Source: Squalus acanthias
Taxonomy: Eukaryota
NCBI GenBank assembly: GCA_030390025.1
Contig: CM059432.1
Location: 14,758,001-14,822,000, forward strand
Direction: 5' to 3'
DNA length: 64,000 bases
A program made the translations under genes and the position numbers. Positions within the stretch are counted from its first letter, which is position 1, and each line of letters opens with the position of its first letter. The notes below the pieces were generated by a model, which was not told where the DNA came from, did no database searches, and was given only the letters and a program-made list of their open reading frames with translations. Shown in pieces: positions 58,919 through 64,000 of this stretch.

Positions 58919-60119
58919 CTGGTGACCAGCCATTAAGTAGAACCAAGACACAAGGTGGTACCATACCAGAGAAAAAACTACAGTTAGTTTCCATCTTAAT
59001 TTTCGGCACAGCATTTATATCTTAAACCTTTATTAGAACACTATTAATGTACTAAAGCTAGTGACATAGTGGTTAACCCTTACATCACCAGACTTGTACT
59101 CTATACATAAACCTATAGGCTTGTTATAATATCATTACACCGAAAGTAATGGATACCTGGAAGTGACTGCAAGGACTAATTGAAGGGTTCAGAAGATTTA
59201 AATGCAGAATAATTTACACCTGAAATTAATAACAATGCAGGGGTCTAACCTCTATCTAATCTATTACAATTTACATGGAACGGAATGGATAACTAGGCAT
59301 GATTACAATGCAGTAATCTAACCAAGGATTTACACTGTTTACAACATGATGGTTTGGTGACATGCATACTTTGGGCCAAGGATGTTAAATCAGGTATTCC
59401 GGAGTTTTTCTAGAATTACCTTTGAGGGCAGGAAAAAAAAACCTCTCCAGAACCAGGAAAACAAAATGTGTAGAACTGAATATAGATCAGATCGTACATG
59501 GTTTACGGGCCTTTTCTGTGCCCATTTAAAAAAAAATTCTTATAGGCTAGAGATTAATGTTGGCAATATTAGCGAAAGATATATCTCTGTTATTTTGATG
59601 GAGGAATTACCCCATTAAAATTAACGTCACCATTGATATTGGATCGGGAGATGTGATGTGAACTCGTTGAGTTCATTGACTAATGGCACCAATGATAACT
59701 TGTAGCCTACAGAGAATAATGACCGACAGTGTGCGCCATGTCTTCATGTGTGATGACTTCCACACAAAAAGATTAAGGAGTGTAATGTTGCTACTCTACA
59801 TTTGTTAAGAAATAATCTGCAGCTTATCATTTGGAAATTGTACTTTCAAATACATATTCTATTGCCTACCCAACAACTGTCACTGCTTTCCAAAAATAAC
59901 TCGTTGGTTGTGAAGCGCTTTGTAAAGCCCTGAGGATGTGATAAGGTGTTATATGAATGCGAGTTCTTTTTTCCTTTTTCTCCTGCACTGTCCCAATGCC
60001 CCCTTTACTAAAACCTTTACAAATCATGAATGAGATATGCAGCGCAAAAAAAAGGTCAAGAAATAATGGCTTCATTTCCCAGGGCATCAAACATTTAACT
60101 TTGAGCTCCAGTGATTATT

Positions 60120-60617
60120 AAAGAAAGAACTTTAATCCTATTTTTGCACCTTTCGCACCTTGAGGACATCCCAAAGTGCTTTGCAGCCAATGAATGACTT
60201 TTCGAAGTGCAGTCGTTTTGTTGTTTTATATGCTGATGCAAGGGCCTGCAAATAGCAAATGAGATAAATGACCAGTTCATCTGTTTTTGGTGATGTTGGT
60301 TGAGGGAGAAATGTTGACCTGGACACTGGGAGAACTCCCCGCTCTTCTTTAAATAGTGCCATGGGATCTTTTACATCCACCTGAGTTAATAGTACTCACC
60401 TAGTGCACATTCTAAAAGATTATCATATCAATAAATTAATTTTTATTAGTTCCTGGGATGTGGGCGTCACTGGCGAGGCCAGCATTTATTGCCTATCCCT
60501 AATTGCCCTTGAGAAGGTGGTGGCGAGGCGCCTTCTTGAACCGCTGCAGTCCGTGCGGTGAAGGTACTCCCACAGTGCTCTTAGGGAGGACCTTCCAGGA
60601 TTTTGACCCAGCGACGT
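60120..60617 (-). mobile_element. Deu-SINE fragment (60120-60385) plus CR1-clade 3' tail (60440-60617)
   Basis: Colinear with 14480-14740 and 18000-18175 respectively. Confidence 0.8.
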
Positions 60618-61748
60618 ATTGCGACATTCCTACAGCAATCTTTCAGATGATGTCACTAACAGCTAGCGTTTAGTACTTGTGCGTTTGTTACTATGCTCCA
60701 ATTTTATCAGTATCCTCCCTTTAAGTCTGTGATGATGCTGAAAGAGCACTCTATTACTTTTTGATTCCCTTCTCCAATTTTCTCCCCTCCTCTTCACTGA
60801 CCCTTCTTGCAGCACAGTTCCACAAGTAGGATGTCCTCTGGTTTCTCACCCCGAGTGATAACTGTTCATGTTTCAGCCGAGGAAATGAATGTTGACAGGC
60901 TATTTGGCCAAGGAGAGCATCAGAAGCAAGCCTGATGTGTGATGTCCAGATACAGGCGTTTTCTAGCCGCGATCACTGGATAGCAGTCAGGAGCAGGGAG
61001 CCAGGCTGTTCTTTCCCCCACCCTAACCCACAGTTGCTAAAGCACCTCTGATGCTAACCCAGCTGATGTTAGAAAACTCAGCGCAGGCTGGTCTTTGTAC
61101 TCAGATGGTAAATTGAATCTCACAACTGTACTGTTTCTGAAAATCTGATATCCAATTAGATAATCATCACCCCCATAATAATCCTGTGCCGCAGTAAGAG
61201 TCATTCTGTATGAAGCTGGTGAGGGAGTTGCTGAACTTATACAATGTTAAACCGTTGGATGGACGAGGATATTGGGACTCTTTGATGACAGAAAGACAGA
61301 AGAATTTCATTCACTATGTATTAAAACCTTACATCTTGTGTGCGTTTTCTGTCATCTTTTTCCATTATAAATTTCGATGTCCACAATGATAATGAATTTG
61401 AATTTGAAACATTAAAATAAGGACAGAACTATATGACTTTAAAATGGAAAATGAATTGAATCTGCATGCCCTGGTCCAATTATCCCTCACCCTCTAACCT
61501 TGCATTACTTGAAGACTACACTTGGTCTTGACTCCCCATGTGCAATGCCAGTGGGTGGACTGGTGTGTGCAAGTTTTGAGACATGCCCCTGTCACACTAA
61601 CATCCATGCAATGTTCTTCCATACTGGTTATTGAGCTGTATGCCAAAGCATCCTTTCAGGGAAAAGTTATGGAGCAGGTGACAATTATCCTTGAAATCTT
61701 GGAGGGATGGGGTGTACTAAGACTGCCCTTGATTGGTCCAGACACTTA

Positions 61749-62640
61749 GGGGGAGAAATTCAGTATCGCCCCATTTGGGGCGCAATTATCGGCCGGGCGC
61801 AAAGATTAGCGCCTGGCGCTAATTATCGCCACCGACGGCAAACTTGACTTTTATCGCCCCGGGAGGTGAGTGGAGCGCTAAATCAGGCGCTTCACACCTG
61901 TCTTAAGGCACAAAGGCCGAGGAGCGAGGCGCTACCTCAGAGCCCTGGCGAAGCTCATGTAATGTCAGTCAGCAATGGAACACACACACAATGGCACGGG
62001 CCAGTTCTTAAAGGGGATGGTTAATCTTGCTTTCCATCCACATCCTGCTCATTGCAGCCTTGAATCTCGGCCTGGAGAGACCTGCACATCAAATGTGCTG
62101 GAAAGAACAATGGAGAGTACCAGGCCAATAGCTCAGAATGCAGCCCCCACAGTCTCTGCTAAATCGATACAAGGAATGGCAAATCAAAATGAACCTGCAA
62201 AGTGCTGCTCAGTACCCAAAACTCCTTCACACAACGTTGAATCTCTCCAGAAGTCTCTCCCTCTCTCTCTCAGAATGCGTAGTTCAAAAATGGCACCAAC
62301 AATAAAAGGCAGGAAGCGGTCACCTTTAAATAGCGCTCCCCCTTTCCCTTCATGACTGCAGAACGCTCCCCTCAACCTGTCGTTGCTAGCGTCAGGCGGT
62401 AAGGCAGGGGACGCCACTCAATATCCGCTCCGGGGCGATACCGGGGCGTTGCGCACTCGAGTGACGTCATGATCTGCCGGCGCAGGAGATCGTGGCGATA
62501 GTGTTTAGCGCTGCCGCAAAATGTCTAGTTAATTTCGCGAGCGGCGCAAACTTCGCCGCGCCTGGGCGCTAGATGCTTTGCGCCCATTAGCGCCCTCTTA
62601 AGGCGCTAACGGGAGGCGCAACCAACTGAATTTTTCCCCC
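61749..62640 (+). mobile_element. Complete PIF/Harbinger non-autonomous element, 892 bp
   Basis: TIR gggggagaaattcagt / actgaatttttccccc; canonical TTA TSD at 61746-61748 and 62641-62643. Confidence 0.93.
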
Positions 62641-64000
62641 TTAAAGTGCTACTTCGATGTACCACTGGTATATTTGATGATAATTCTGGCTGTAGAATGA
62701 GCTTCATTTCACCTGTGCTTTGCTTCTATCCATGGTTGGTATGTGTTGTAAGGTAGCCTTGGTCTTCTTGGTATCATTCTGTGACTCTCTATCCCCCTTT
62801 AAACAAGGGTGATTGTCTTAAAATGAAGGCACCATGCGAGGTTCTGGGGAACAGGCATTACCCAGTTTGATTCTGTGCTGGTGGTCACATAAATGGCCAC
62901 AATGAGATAAAAACAATCCTTATTTGGTAATATAGGGCACAATATTCTGCAGAGGGGCCTAAATAACAACATGGGTGTTTAGTGATGACCTGCTGAACTC
63001 TAGGAGAACTCTGTTGTCCTTTCACTTTGTTGCTGGCGGTTAGTAGTGAAAGTGCTGGAGTATTTGATCCTGTTGAATAATGTCACTGTGGTCTGCTGGA
63101 TACATGTATGGGCAGCAAATTGGCAGACACTGGAAATACTCTTAGTGTTAACCTGGAAGGAGCCCCCAACATGTAGAAATTGAGGGCCATGCTGAGTTTG
63201 ATGGCCACTTGCCTTGTACCACACTACCTGTACTGACTTTACAGATTGTGCGGAGATCTTTGCCACAGCCTCCCTTATAAATCTCAGCCTGCATAGGCAT
63301 CTCTATCATTGCCAGTAGCTACTCTTGGTTCAGAGGACATGCTATGTAGCGGAGTGGTGGGGACTGACGGTATGCCACACCTGCCTGTCACAGTTCTGTG
63401 CTGGTGATCAAAGATCATGTCCGGTCGTGTATGAGCCAATTTCCTCCAGTTAAACACGGGAAAGACTGAAGCCCTCATCTTTGGCCCCCTCCTTCGATTC
63501 CATCCCTCTCCCCGGCCATCTCTTTCTGGTCAAATATGGTACAGTATTATGTACACTGGCCTAAATGGCAAGTAAGTATAAGCGCATTAGGGCTTGAGCA
63601 CCATTTTTGAGCAGCGGCAATATTGTTCATGTCAAGGTCACGTGTAGTGTGCAAGTGGTGTACCACACTCCCAGCATGGCTGCCTCCCACCGCTCAATTC
63701 CCATAATGCTTTGCACTGACATGAATGTCTACACTTATAAATCAGGTACTGGAGGTAAATTAGAAAGAGATATTTAGAGCTAAGTTGGTCGTGGGCGCCG
63801 CTCAAGGTCAACATATCTGGAATCATCCCTGACCCGCCATGTCTTTGTGTAACAGGCACAATTTTCTTTCCCCCCCCCCCCCCTTTGCTTCTGTTCACAT
63901 AAAATTGCCAGCTGCAGCATGGACCTTATTCAGAAACTTAGGTGAAGGGTTAAGTTCCATAGTGCAAGACAGCTCCAAGGTTGGAAAGAGTAAAAGAGAA

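Overview
Repeat-rich vertebrate genomic DNA, most likely from a cartilaginous fish (shark), inferred from its CR1, L2, Deu-SINE, Harbinger and Penelope content. The window lies inside PTPRM (receptor tyrosine phosphatase mu) on the minus strand. I identified three coding exons by manual translation, none of which the ORF track reports as such: a 27-nt microexon (58892-58918), a 12-nt microexon (57674-57685) and a 188-nt juxtamembrane exon (55219-55406). I could not find the next exon, so positions 1-55218 appear to be a single intron of more than 55 kb. That intron holds nested mobile elements: many CR1 LINE fragments (one with an uninterrupted 937-aa ORF2), L2 LINEs, three SINE families, PIF/Harbinger-type MITEs with 3-bp TSDs (one keeps a transposase remnant), a solo LTR, and two tiny Penelope-like insertions carrying a minimal hammerhead-ribozyme motif. 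Most other ORF-track entries are CR1/L2 fragments or antisense shadows. Family names come from recognition, not database searches, and boundaries of degraded elements are approximate.
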